Source: a virus
Direction: 5' to 3' (one strand)
Length of the DNA: 64,000 bases
IMG/VR virus record: IMGVR_UViG_3300023174_000079
Location: 32,001-96,000 of that record
Part shown: positions 9,187 to 18,898 of the stretch, one piece after another
Layout: the number at the start of each line of letters is the position of its first letter
How positions within the stretch are numbered: the first letter of the stretch is position 1
The notes under the pieces: model-generated
Seen by the model: only the letters and a program-made list of their open reading frames with translations
Databases searched by the model: none
Told to the model about the DNA's origin: nothing
Program-made: the position numbers and the translations under genes

Positions 9187-9923
9187 TGACTATTGATACA
9201 AAAGATTTTTATACCGGTAATCCGACCCCGCAAATATATCCTGCGAGCATTACCTATACACCTAATCCGTGTATACGTTTTACTGATAAGACGAATAATC
9301 AAAACGAACGCATTTTATACGCTAATTATTGGCAAGAGCAACTTAGCTTATACGGTCAACAGGTTCAGTATTATGTAAACACATTCAATACATTATCAGC
9401 TGATATGTTATATGGTGAGCAACCAACTCAGCAATTTGCGCCTCCGTTACCAATTATTTTTGGCATTAACTTAAACGAAAACGCTCTTATGCTTAGTAAG
9501 TATGGCTTACTCTCTGAGGATGAAGTTACAGCATTTGTACCGTATAATAGTTTTTATGCTACGTTTGGTAGTGGTTCAGAGCCAAAATCTGGAGATGTAT
9601 TTCAACTATCGGAATACGGTAGTGATCGTGTTAATGGTCGTAATGGTAATTTTTATGAGATCACAGAGCGTCTTGACCAGGATATCGCCCAGATTAATCC
9701 TCTCGCCGGTCACTACGTTTGGTTGATTAAAGCCAAGCGATTTGAATGGTCGTTTGAGCCCGGGTTATCAGGTGAAGCTGTTAATCAACAAGTATTCGAT
9801 GACACGCGAAATCCTACAGCGTCAGGAGCACAGAAACCTTATAGTTACAGCGCTGATATAGAGTCAAAATCTGTTTTTGATTACAGTCTCACAGATTATG
9901 GATCTGTATACGGTGGGTATTAA
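9186..9923 (+). CDS. gp14: Neck / head-closure protein (gp14-like)
   Basis: EQLSLYGQQVQYY, LYGE, LSKYGL..DE, PKSGDVF, FYEIT motifs. Confidence 0.8.
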   Translation: MTIDTKDFYTGNPTPQIYPASITYTPNPCIRFTDKTNNQNERILYANYWQEQLSLYGQQVQYYVNTFNTLSADMLYGEQPTQQFAPPLPIIFGINLNENALMLSKYGLLSEDEVTAFVPYNSFYATFGSGSEPKSGDVFQLSEYGSDRVNGRNGNFYEITERLDQDIAQINPLAGHYVWLIKAKRFEWSFEPGLSGEAVNQQVFDDTRNPTASGAQKPYSYSADIESKSVFDYSLTDYGSVYGGY

Positions 9924-10192
9924 ACATCAACCTTACCCGTTTCCGCTGTATAATCCGGCACTACTTCGTTACGTAATTTAGCAATAAAATTATCCGCAGT
10001 TTTACTTGATTCAAAAGAAAGCACAACACGTGAACGATCCGTGCCATCAAACGTATAGTTTAAAACACTATTAGTTAGATTAATATTAATGAGTTTGTAT
10101 AAAACATTAATATTAAAAGAATTTTCTAATGATCTAAATCCACGACGAGGATCAGGTCTTACACTGAAGCTGGTACCGATGATGTAGTGCAT
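9920..10192 (-). CDS. Hypothetical protein
   Basis: 90 aa ORF in a tightly packed minus-strand run. Confidence 0.55.
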   Translation of the reverse strand: MHYIIGTSFSVRPDPRRGFRSLENSFNINVLYKLININLTNSVLNYTFDGTDRSRVVLSFESSKTADNFIAKLRNEVVPDYTAETGKVDV

Positions 10193-10467
10193 GGGAGTTT
10201 TGGAGCAGTAATAGCGTTGTTAGTTTCAATTTCATCAAGATCGGATTTCATAGAGAGAAAGCGCTCTTCAATATATTTTTGAAATGCAAGTGGTTTGATC
10301 CAATCAACATCATTTTCAATTGAACGTTTTTTGAGCTGCTCAACGCGCTTACTTACAATCTCTACGCCTTCTAGAAGGCACAACCAGCGTGCATACTCGT
10401 CGTATGACATATTAAGCTCTGTATTATCTCTTAGTGATATTGATTCGTTTGATAGTGTCGATGACAT
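10159..10467 (-). CDS. Hypothetical protein
   Basis: 102 aa; DWIKPLAFQKYIEER; operon context. Confidence 0.6.
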   Translation of the reverse strand: MSSTLSNESISLRDNTELNMSYDEYARWLCLLEGVEIVSKRVEQLKKRSIENDVDWIKPLAFQKYIEERFLSMKSDLDEIETNNAITAPKLPCTTSSVPASV

Positions 10468-10882
10468 ATCCGAGTATTATGTATGAAATTCGCTGCACGT
10501 CAAGAATATTCTTCTCTTCATTAAAGTAATTTAATAACGTGTGTATGGCATCAATATTCTGTATCGCACCATTAATGGATGTATTGAGAGCTTTAATTAA
10601 TTCACTTTTATGCTCATCTTTAATCTTTGATATCTGCACTGTCTTTGTAAGAGTATCAATATAAAGAAGAAGTAAGTTCTTTATAATGTTCTTGTCTGAC
10701 GATGTATCCTTTTTATAAAAGATAAGACCTTCTTCAAGAGACTTATAACTTTGAAGATCTAATTTTTGTCTAAGAGTACCTAAGATATCATCAAATGAGA
10801 TGCGCTGTGACTCTGTAGCTACAGCGAACCTATCTGCTATACCTTCTTCGGTTAAACTATTAATACTTTCAGGAATCTCCAT
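10424..10882 (-). CDS. Hypothetical helical protein
   Basis: 152 aa ORF overlapping both neighbours. Confidence 0.6.
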   Translation of the reverse strand: MEIPESINSLTEEGIADRFAVATESQRISFDDILGTLRQKLDLQSYKSLEEGLIFYKKDTSSDKNIIKNLLLLYIDTLTKTVQISKIKDEHKSELIKALNTSINGAIQNIDAIHTLLNYFNEEKNILDVQRISYIILGYVIDTIKRINITKR

Positions 10883-11300
10883 TGTCAGTAATAATTAAGG
10901 GTACAGGTGCAGGGAGTGTAACATTAGCGATAGTCTCAGTGACGAGGGCAGTTTCCGTAGCAATATAAACGCTCACGTTCTTCTGGCAATAATCGCATTT
11001 GTAATTGTTATTTGTATTCAAGACAATAGGGACGAATTCTGTCTTCTTGAGTGAGCATGGACACGTAACCTCAAGACCCTGCAGGCTAAACTCTTTTATT
11101 CTCTCGTTTTCGAGTTTTTTATTTTTTAATTCTATGTAAGCACTGAGTGCTGTAATGAAAGCATAATAAGCACCGAATTGTATGATTACACCGAGAGGGA
11201 TACCTATGAATAGAGAAACACCAAAGCGCTTTAAGAGTAAACCAAATAAAATAGCGGTAATAACAAGCGCAGTTAATTGCGATAAAAGTCTACTAAGCAT
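10869..11300 (-). CDS. Membrane protein with two TM helices and a Cys4 zinc-ribbon-like domain
   Basis: Two N-terminal hydrophobic segments; CPC...CDYC; TTGATT-N16-TATTAT promoter upstream. Confidence 0.65.
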   Translation of the reverse strand: MLSRLLSQLTALVITAILFGLLLKRFGVSLFIGIPLGVIIQFGAYYAFITALSAYIELKNKKLENERIKEFSLQGLEVTCPCSLKKTEFVPIVLNTNNNYKCDYCQKNVSVYIATETALVTETIANVTLPAPVPLIITDNGDS

Positions 11301-11330
11301 TATATTATAATAATGTAGCAGCTGCTAAAA

Positions 11331-11720
11331 TCAAGCGTCTTTAGCATTCTTGTCTATTACAACAAATATCTGCTTGAGTTCTTTTAGAGAATTATTAAGA
11401 CAATTAACAATTAATTGTAATTCTTTTTGTGCCTTTTCGTCTTCTCGTACGAGAGGGTTTTTTAATGCAATTTTAAAGTTAGCAATCGCGCTTGTTGTAT
11501 TAGTAATTAGATCACCAAGAATTGATACAGTATTAGGAATTGGATATGGAATTACATTACTAGCACGTGCATCGTTTGGATTTTGAGTTCTATATCCTTT
11601 ATCGTTACCAACAAGATCGTTAAATTTCATTTTGATGGCTCCAAACTCACGTGCTGCTTGACCTGATACCCACCTATTATACATTGAAACTGTATCTTCA
11701 AATAGAACCTTCTTTTTCAT
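11331..11720 (-). CDS. Hypothetical late protein
   Basis: 129 aa; TAAATA upstream; MKKKVLFE leader. Confidence 0.6.
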   Translation of the reverse strand: MKKKVLFEDTVSMYNRWVSGQAAREFGAIKMKFNDLVGNDKGYRTQNPNDARASNVIPYPIPNTVSILGDLITNTTSAIANFKIALKNPLVREDEKAQKELQLIVNCLNNSLKELKQIFVVIDKNAKDA

Positions 11721-11754
11721 GTAAAATTATTTAATCTTCAACATAAATACTATT

Positions 11755-12159
11755 ATGAGTTATTTTAAGTCGAGATTTGATTATATTTTAGAAGCTGATG
11801 TTACACCGTCTCCAGAAGCTGCCCCTGCTAATGATCAGGAAGCTATGGCCCAGCAGTTAGACACAGCTAAGCCTTCAGATTTCGATGTTAAGGCAGCGGA
11901 AAGACAAACCCGTATTGATCATGTCAAGGTAAATCAGATTAATACGCTCAATGAATGGATTAAGCAGATTGACGCTTTTGTTGTTTATCTTAACGATACA
12001 GACAGTAATTCAATTCAAATTCAACTTCATTCCGCTCCTTGTGATTCAATGTTTGAAAATATTGCAAGAAGTGAAAAGAAGAGGATATCACGTCTTGCAG
12101 CTGATCTCGGTACCCTTGCACAAAACTTTAAGGGATATCTTGCTTCCGCTAACGATTAA
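11755..12159 (+). CDS. Hypothetical late protein
   Basis: 134 aa; ATAAATA upstream; MSYFKSRFDYILE leader. Confidence 0.65.
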   Translation: MSYFKSRFDYILEADVTPSPEAAPANDQEAMAQQLDTAKPSDFDVKAAERQTRIDHVKVNQINTLNEWIKQIDAFVVYLNDTDSNSIQIQLHSAPCDSMFENIARSEKKRISRLAADLGTLAQNFKGYLASAND

Positions 12160-13190
12160 TCTTTAATCTCAGACATTAAAAGCTTTGCTTTTAATCCGGT
12201 ATAGGAATTACTAATAATAAACTTCGGAGATATTTGGTTTATATTTGCAGCTAAGCAAACGTCGTTAATATCTTTACACGATCTGCCTATCTTTTCCGGC
12301 CAGATAAAAACCGTCTCATTCATATCAATTAGACGCTTTGTCTTGACTCTACTAGCTTTATCTTGCCATTGACTATCAAGTACCCAAATTCGCTTAAATA
12401 GATTGAAACCATTAATCTGCGATTGTTGTAGACTAGAAAACATATTATTGCTATTTTCTTGAATACCTGCTACGGCTGTCCCATTCTTGACGAAGAACGC
12501 ATCAATTGGTCCTTCAAAAACAAAAATATAATCGAGCTCAGGATCAATATTGTTGAGGTTGTAGAGTGACTTTTCTCCGTTTATCTTACTAAGGTATTTT
12601 GGAAGCTTGTCTCCAGATTGATTTAAAATCGTCCTTGATTGATAAAAAACGATTTCATCTTTCTCATCGTAGAATGGTATAATTAATCTATCTTTATGTA
12701 CCCTGTCTGTAAGAGATAGCCAGAGTGATTTAGGCCTATTAACAGCAGTATCTAGCTTCCGTGCCTTAATTACTTCAATAGCCTTTTGTACCACAGCATT
12801 ATTTTTATGGTAATTAATTTGATGATCGTCGAATAAATTAATGCAGTCAAGCGGTAGCTTATGTATAATTTTAACCGGATCTGGTTCAGCTTTATCTGTA
12901 GAGATATCGGTGGGTAAAATATCATATGTTCTAACTTCTTTTATAATTTCCTCGTACGTCTGATTAGATACTTCTTGAATCCATTTTAATGGCTTACCAA
13001 ACCACCCACAGTTATGACAGCAAATAATGTTATCTTCAACAAGATAGTAACACCTACGCTTTTTTAGCCATGATGAACCTTCACGACATATAGGGCATCC
13101 CGCCTCATATGTATTTGATGACTTCTTATACTTCGGATAGCCTGCATATTGATAGTACTTCTGTACAATATATTCCTGAGGAAGTATCAC
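12156..13190 (-). CDS. gp61: DNA primase (gp61-like)
   Basis: Zn finger CPIC...CHNC; RLIIPF; TOPRIM VFEGPIDAFF; KDIND. Confidence 0.93.
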   Translation of the reverse strand: MILPQEYIVQKYYQYAGYPKYKKSSNTYEAGCPICREGSSWLKKRRCYYLVEDNIICCHNCGWFGKPLKWIQEVSNQTYEEIIKEVRTYDILPTDISTDKAEPDPVKIIHKLPLDCINLFDDHQINYHKNNAVVQKAIEVIKARKLDTAVNRPKSLWLSLTDRVHKDRLIIPFYDEKDEIVFYQSRTILNQSGDKLPKYLSKINGEKSLYNLNNIDPELDYIFVFEGPIDAFFVKNGTAVAGIQENSNNMFSSLQQSQINGFNLFKRIWVLDSQWQDKASRVKTKRLIDMNETVFIWPEKIGRSCKDINDVCLAANINQISPKFIISNSYTGLKAKLLMSEIKD

Positions 13191-13229
13191 GCCATTAGTA
13201 TAACGACGTTTTTAAATAAAACAAGATTA

Positions 13230-13418
13230 TTATGCCTTAGCTTGTTTATTGATATCCTTTATAGAAACAATGCCCTTGTGAACAAAGACCCCGGAAGCAG
13301 GATCTGTATATATCGCTTCGGTGATTTCCTGATTACCCTTAATATAGGTTCTAAGTGTCGGACGAATTGGTTCACCGCTAATTGGAGACTGAATGACTTT
13401 TGGTTGGATAATATCCAT
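13230..13418 (-). CDS. Small hypothetical protein
   Basis: 62 aa; TAAATA upstream; fills the intergenic space. Confidence 0.55.
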   Translation of the reverse strand: MDIIQPKVIQSPISGEPIRPTLRTYIKGNQEITEAIYTDPASGVFVHKGIVSIKDINKQAKA

Positions 13419-13426
13419 ATATTTAC

Positions 13427-13741
13427 TTAGTCTTCAGTATCTTCTAATGCTAGAACTTTAGTTTTGTTCTTATTATACTGCTGCATACATGTTTTAAACA
13501 CATATGCAGGAAGCTGCTCGACAATGTCGACAATTCCACTTTCGATACCGGAATCAAACTTATCAATAGGTATTTTTCTAATATCCATATCAGGTAATAC
13601 CAAAAAATTATAATTAAAAGAATCTTTTTCTACGTAAACTAATAATTCACCTAAGTATTTACCTGCTGTAATAGCGTAAATAAAGGATTGGCGTGGATGC
13701 TTTTTCGTTAAAAAGGATTTAATCCTGATCAGGTTCTTCAT
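13427..13741 (-). CDS. Hypothetical protein
   Basis: 104 aa ORF in operon. Confidence 0.55.
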   Translation of the reverse strand: MKNLIRIKSFLTKKHPRQSFIYAITAGKYLGELLVYVEKDSFNYNFLVLPDMDIRKIPIDKFDSGIESGIVDIVEQLPAYVFKTCMQQYNKNKTKVLALEDTED

Positions 13742-14063
13742 TCTCTATATGACTGTGAAAGAATTTATTAATGAGAGTAACAAGGGAATCTGCTTCTTGC
13801 TGATTATGTGCGGAAATGCATTGAATGGGTTCTCCATCAAACGTATAACCGAGAATAATAAAGGACGTTAGATACTCTTCAACCTGAGTTGAAAGGGTCT
13901 TCAGATCTTTTTTAATACCGTTTTCACGAGTAGCGAGATTTTCTTGCAACGAAGAAATCATTGCCTTGCGGAGTACTTCCTTGTCTTCAGGGTTTAATTT
14001 AACCTCCGATTTCTCCGATTTCTTCATTTTTTTCTCCCTGTTGTTCTGACTCTTGTCGCTCAT
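13719..14063 (-). CDS. Hypothetical protein
   Basis: 114 aa; EEYLTSFIILGYTFDGE. Confidence 0.6.
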   Translation of the reverse strand: MSDKSQNNREKKMKKSEKSEVKLNPEDKEVLRKAMISSLQENLATRENGIKKDLKTLSTQVEEYLTSFIILGYTFDGEPIQCISAHNQQEADSLVTLINKFFHSHIENEEPDQD

Positions 14064-14415
14064 TGTTAATATTTATCCTCTTGACAAGATATCTCGATTT
14101 ACCGTGATAGTTGATATTATTTGATACTCCGCGAGTAATGAGATAATCAATAATTACTTCAATACTGTCGGTTTTAATACTATAATTCTTGGGTATCTTG
14201 CAACCACCGTCATTCAGTTCAAATAAGATTTCACCTAAATCATTTTTATTGGCATAGCATGTAATCATTGCAGATGACTCGCTAGGATTCACCATTACTG
14301 TCCATCGGCGTGGATCGCCTTTAGCATATACCGAAAATAAACGAATAACAACAAAACCGTTATCACGGAGTCGTTTAATAAAATATCCTGGTGTTTTTAG
14401 TTTGTTGTTGCTCAT
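13999..14415 (-). CDS. Hypothetical protein
   Basis: 138 aa; YFIKRLRDNGF, DPRRWTVMVNP. Confidence 0.6.
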   Translation of the reverse strand: MSNNKLKTPGYFIKRLRDNGFVVIRLFSVYAKGDPRRWTVMVNPSESSAMITCYANKNDLGEILFELNDGGCKIPKNYSIKTDSIEVIIDYLITRGVSNNINYHGKSRYLVKRININNERQESEQQGEKNEEIGEIGG

Positions 14416-14421
14416 AATTTT

Positions 14422-15156
14422 TTAATTTTGTATTGCTGAAACAATAAACTTTATGTTTGTTGCTTCATTATTAGTATCAAGAGTTAAAAGACCGCGGGAG
14501 GACGCGATACTAGCTGTCAATACCTTGTATTTCATACAAGAAATTATTCTAAATAATTCAAATTTCAAGGGTATATAATTACTAATTTGTTCGCCCTTAT
14601 AATCTTCAGATATCTTAATACCATAGGAGTCGGTATTTGCTCTTGTCTTATCTGTTAACTCACCAAAAACGCTATCATCTTTAAAAGAAATATAAATCTT
14701 ATCAGTCTCTGTAGCTATAGAACTACCTTTAATAAGTGATACTACAGATGTATATGGAATGGTAAATGTACCATCAAAGGGTAATTCTTTTAATTTTTCA
14801 AGATTAATCTGCTTAGGCGTTTTAATAATATTATCATCAAATAGGTAGTATTTAAATCTAATCGAAGGTGATTCAAAACCGATATGATTAGTAGAAATAT
14901 CTAAAGCACATCCTTTATCTTCAATACAAGAAAGAACTCTACAGAGTTTTTTTAAATCTGGTATGTTAAGATTTTTCTCTATTCCAGACAGTATGTTAGT
15001 GTATACAGCATGAACTACTAGAGTATTGTCCCCGGTCGCAATGATAGCGGAAACGTTTTTTGATGTAAGCTTTAATACAGCGCTATCAGCAACACGACTT
15101 AGCGGTGTTAGGAAGTTATTAAGAAAATCTTCTCTATCCGGTATAGTAAGGATCAT
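14422..15156 (-). CDS. gp45: Sliding clamp (gp45-like)
   Basis: 244 aa; LNIPDLKKL, FKYYLFDDNII, two-domain beta-rich pattern; replication context. Confidence 0.72.
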   Translation of the reverse strand: MILTIPDREDFLNNFLTPLSRVADSAVLKLTSKNVSAIIATGDNTLVVHAVYTNILSGIEKNLNIPDLKKLCRVLSCIEDKGCALDISTNHIGFESPSIRFKYYLFDDNIIKTPKQINLEKLKELPFDGTFTIPYTSVVSLIKGSSIATETDKIYISFKDDSVFGELTDKTRANTDSYGIKISEDYKGEQISNYIPLKFELFRIISCMKYKVLTASIASSRGLLTLDTNNEATNIKFIVSAIQN

Positions 15157-15198
15157 GCTATTATATTAGATTCTTTATTCGCTTATACCAGCGGTAAA

Positions 15199-15660
15199 TT
15201 AATCCTTTTTTTTAGTGTCAGTAAGCTGAAGAAGCGTTTCTTCAATAAAAGAAAGTCTCTTTTCCAGACGCTGAAGCGAATCAAAGATGCGTTCAGAGAG
15301 TGGGCTCGTTTCAAAATTAAATTCAAGCTGATTTTGGTCAATCGCTACAGGTTGTTGTGCGACAACTGGCTGAACGCTAACCGGTGGATTAGTAGTCTCA
15401 ACACCTGCAAGATCGGGCTGTAATGTGTTGTGTACGGTAAGTTGTGGCTGGGATTGTGGAGGTGGGGTTTGTACCGGTGTGGATGGGATACTATTAATAA
15501 CAGCTGTAGGATTAAGAATCATACCTTGTAGCGTATTATTTTTTGCTACAAGATTTTTATCAAGCTCTTTTAAATCTCCAGTAACATGCTGACCCATAAA
15601 TTGCAGGGTCAACATCTTAATTTGCTCTGGAGTCAGCGCTGCGTCATTAAACGTATCCAT
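15199..15660 (-). CDS. Hypothetical protein with Pro/Gln-rich linker and C-terminal coiled coil
   Basis: 153 aa; DQNQLEFNF; coupled to the gp32 stop codon. Confidence 0.6.
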   Translation of the reverse strand: MDTFNDAALTPEQIKMLTLQFMGQHVTGDLKELDKNLVAKNNTLQGMILNPTAVINSIPSTPVQTPPPQSQPQLTVHNTLQPDLAGVETTNPPVSVQPVVAQQPVAIDQNQLEFNFETSPLSERIFDSLQRLEKRLSFIEETLLQLTDTKKKD

Positions 15661-16526
15661 TAATCTTCAAGTCCCTTGAGAAGGTCTGCAATTGAATCAT
15701 CATCAAGACTAGTAGGAGCTGCTTTTTTCTCGACAACAGGTACTGTAGTAGGCTTTGGTGTCGTTGTAATCTTAGGGGCAGCAGCAGGTGTTTCTTCAGC
15801 GTCTTCAACATCAGATGTGCAGAAGTAATGAGCATTAAGAATATCCTTAAGCTCATCATAGCTCTTGACAGTAAGATAAGATTCGAGATCAAAAATATTA
15901 TTATAAATCTCATCATAAGAATCGGCATCCAGACCGGTAACAGCCTTAGGAAGAGCGAACTTAGATGATACATAGGTCGGGTAATCGCCTTGCTTCTCTA
16001 CCTTGATACGGAAGCTACAACCGTTAGGTGAAAGATCGAAGATACGAGGTCCAAAGTCTGCTGCATCTTCACCTTCAATAGCATCCATAATAATCTTATT
16101 AAGTTGACGGCCAAAGCGAAGAACCTTGATGGTGCCGTTATTCTCAGGACGAACTGGATCGTTCTCTACGTAGACGTTGATCAACCAGCTCTCCTTACGG
16201 TTAAGAGCACGAGCCTTGTCCTTCTCTTCTTCTGTGCCATTACGACGGATACGATATCCCTCTTCAGCGATAGGATCGCGCTGGTTCCAAGTAGTAGGAC
16301 TAATTACGTTAATTAACTTACCATCTGCAAAGCTATTCCAAGCATATGAATAGTAGTGAAGAAATGTCTTATTAGGATCCTTAACGTTAGGAAGAAGACG
16401 AACGGTATAAGTGTTTCCTACTTCGGTTTTAAGGTAGTCCTTAAACTTTGTATTACTTCCCTCAGTATTTTTAGTGAGGGCTGACTTAATGCTATCGAAC
16501 ATGGATGTTGTGAATGAGGAGCTCAT
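15660..16526 (-). CDS. gp32: Single-stranded DNA-binding protein (gp32-like)
   Basis: TVRLLP, NVYVENDPVRPENNG.IKVLRFG, GCSFRIK, YVSSKF, acidic tail. Confidence 0.92.
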   Translation of the reverse strand: MSSSFTTSMFDSIKSALTKNTEGSNTKFKDYLKTEVGNTYTVRLLPNVKDPNKTFLHYYSYAWNSFADGKLINVISPTTWNQRDPIAEEGYRIRRNGTEEEKDKARALNRKESWLINVYVENDPVRPENNGTIKVLRFGRQLNKIIMDAIEGEDAADFGPRIFDLSPNGCSFRIKVEKQGDYPTYVSSKFALPKAVTGLDADSYDEIYNNIFDLESYLTVKSYDELKDILNAHYFCTSDVEDAEETPAAAPKITTTPKPTTVPVVEKKAAPTSLDDDSIADLLKGLED

Positions 16527-16565
16527 AGTTAATTTTGTTTAGTATATGTTGTGGGTTTTGTATAA

Positions 16566-17222
16566 TCAAGTAGTTTTTTTATTTTTTATTTTTTGTATTC
16601 CAAGCTCAACTAACGTTTTTGCTTTTTTTGAAGCAAAAAACTTTAATCGAAACGTAGAAAGATTATTAAGAAAATCGTCGCCTAGAATAAATTTTAAGAG
16701 TTCAGAATCTTGAGCTCTTATACTACGTTCAAAGGCTTGAAATCCAAATAAGCTATAAACATTTACTCTATGTTCTTTAAGATGCAAGATATAGGAAGCG
16801 TTATTGCCTGTTTGATGTTGAATATATTCAGATATATCAATTTCATGCTCTATACAGAAAGAAGAAATATATTTTAAAGATTCAATAATATTTTTTAATT
16901 GTTCGTTATTATCCGGGTCAAGCATTTCCTGTTTTTTCATAAACAGTGTATATGCTTTTGTTGCTTTTAGCGTGGTGTAGTAATCTAATTCAAAATGCTC
17001 TTGATCAGAATAAATCTCATACGGAGCTTTGATAAAATTCTCTAACTTAATGTGCGGAAACTTAGCTAAGAAAATTGCTATCTTCTTTGAACTATTAATG
17101 TATATATCGTTTAAATTACTAAAGTCTTTTCTATATTTAAAAGGTAATCCCTTTCTACTGCGGGAGATTCTAAGATGAGTATTATAGATGTGTTGCTCGA
17201 AATCTGTTAGAGATGCCCCCAT
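16566..17222 (-). CDS. Putative helicase loader (gp59-like)
   Basis: 218 aa, basic, adjacent to gp32 as in T4; ASYILHL and C-terminal SKKAKTLV resemble gp59 segments. Confidence 0.5.
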   Translation of the reverse strand: MGASLTDFEQHIYNTHLRISRSRKGLPFKYRKDFSNLNDIYINSSKKIAIFLAKFPHIKLENFIKAPYEIYSDQEHFELDYYTTLKATKAYTLFMKKQEMLDPDNNEQLKNIIESLKYISSFCIEHEIDISEYIQHQTGNNASYILHLKEHRVNVYSLFGFQAFERSIRAQDSELLKFILGDDFLNNLSTFRLKFFASKKAKTLVELGIQKIKNKKTT

Positions 17223-17224
17223 CC

Positions 17225-17512
17225 CTACATTGTAATCTTCTTTTTTGTATTATTCAAGTATTTCATTACATACTTACTTTTATGTAAACTTGGGTCAAAA
17301 GAAAGAAAAGCCTGCACAGCAGCGAAATCACTGTTTGCATCACAGTAGTGTTTGAAGAGATCTCGTAGAGGCTTGTTTTGCAAAACCAAAAGAAAGACAT
17401 TTGCGAGATTTAATTTCTTTGCATGAATTAATGTTACAAAGGAACAAAACGCAAGAAAGAGATGATCTCTTTCATAATCTATAAGTGTGCCTTCTTCTAA
17501 TATACGCTTCAT
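17225..17512 (-). CDS. Hypothetical protein
   Basis: 95 aa between the helicase and the gp59-like gene. Confidence 0.6.
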   Translation of the reverse strand: MKRILEEGTLIDYERDHLFLAFCSFVTLIHAKKLNLANVFLLVLQNKPLRDLFKHYCDANSDFAAVQAFLSFDPSLHKSKYVMKYLNNTKKKITM

Positions 17513-17551
17513 TGATTTAACTAATTATCAATAAAGTATATTAAATCAATG
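17510..17551. repeat. 11-bp perfect inverted repeat overlapping a start codon
   Basis: CATTGATTTAA (17510-17520) and TTAAATCAATG (17541-17551). Confidence 0.7.
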
Positions 17552-17554
17552 TTT

Positions 17555-18868
17555 CTAATTAGAAAGAGCTGCTAAAGCGTTTACGGTACTTGTACTAGCC
17601 TCAGTGTCGTTTAAATGTTCATCCTCTGATAGAGTAAGCGTTGAATAATCTATGCGGAGAACACACTGTCCAAAGTTTTGACCAAACCGATTCTTCATCA
17701 TACCCATTTTTATGACGCCAAGCTCTCTATCTGTTGTTTCCTGCCAAATGCTCATGATAACATCCGCTGTCATCGCAAGTCCAGAGCTCTCCGAGATTGT
17801 CTCCATTCCTGGATCTGATACACCAAATCCACTTCTATTGACTTGGGTTGCAGAAATTATCGGGCAGTTAAAGATATATGTTAATGCTCGAAGCTGCTCG
17901 GTAATTTTTTTTACCTTTTCGTAGCTATTACCTTCTCCTGGATATGTAAGAAGATTGACATAATCGAGTACAATTGCGTCAAATTTTAGACCCTTGTCAC
18001 GGAGTTTCTTAATATATGACTGTAGAAATCCAACAGTAATGGTCGACGGGGGGAACTCCTTAATAAGAATTTTCGCTTCAGGATTATTATCGGAGTATTC
18101 TTCAAGTGAATGCTTAAGTGTAGGTAGTTCAGTTCTTAGCTTACTAAGAGGAATCTTTGTAATACTAGAACTAATTCGTTGCGCGTAGATTACCTCAGGC
18201 ATTTCAAGGGAAATAAGTAATACGTTCTTACCCTGTTTGGCAATATTAATTGCTACATTACCAAGAAAGATGCTTTTACCGATATTTGTTTCACCTGTGA
18301 AGATATAGAGTGCTCTACCATCTTGCAAGAAGCCACCGCCAATTTTTTCGTCTAACCATGTCCAGCCTGTTGGTATATAATTAATTTGCGTACTTAGAGT
18401 ATCGACAAGCTTATCCACGTCCTCGAGAAGATCTAAACCAATCTCTGTCGTTAATGAGATATTGCATGATTCTTCAAATTTCTCTAAAATCTTTGCCGTA
18501 TCCATATCCGGCTTTTCAACAACCTCAAGCATTGTATGATATACGGCTTTTTCCTTTAAGAACGTTTCTGTATTTTTATACAATTCATCAGAATTTATTT
18601 TTAAGTCAAGATCCTTAAATGCCGCGACTGTTTTTACATAAGAATCTTTTAATTCTTTAGTCGTTAAAAGTGACTTAATTTCGGTATTCGTAGGACAAGC
18701 GTTACGGCGATTAAAAAAATCTTTTATGATCTCAAAGATAGGTTTGATATCTTTATCTTTAAAAAAGATTGGCTTTACGTAATCAACAATAGAAGCGAGA
18801 TAAGTCTCGTCAGTTAGCGCCTTACACACCATCACCTTCTCAAAATAATCATGATCAATACTAGCCAT
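17555..18868 (-). CDS. gp41: Replicative DnaB-family helicase (gp41-like)
   Basis: GETNIGKS, ISLEM, IKEFPP, VLDYVNL, SATQVNRSG, SESSGL, KNRFG. Confidence 0.95.
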   Translation of the reverse strand: MASIDHDYFEKVMVCKALTDETYLASIVDYVKPIFFKDKDIKPIFEIIKDFFNRRNACPTNTEIKSLLTTKELKDSYVKTVAAFKDLDLKINSDELYKNTETFLKEKAVYHTMLEVVEKPDMDTAKILEKFEESCNISLTTEIGLDLLEDVDKLVDTLSTQINYIPTGWTWLDEKIGGGFLQDGRALYIFTGETNIGKSIFLGNVAINIAKQGKNVLLISLEMPEVIYAQRISSSITKIPLSKLRTELPTLKHSLEEYSDNNPEAKILIKEFPPSTITVGFLQSYIKKLRDKGLKFDAIVLDYVNLLTYPGEGNSYEKVKKITEQLRALTYIFNCPIISATQVNRSGFGVSDPGMETISESSGLAMTADVIMSIWQETTDRELGVIKMGMMKNRFGQNFGQCVLRIDYSTLTLSEDEHLNDTEASTSTVNALAALSN

Positions 18869-18898
18869 TATTCTCTATTATAATACTATCTGTAACGA

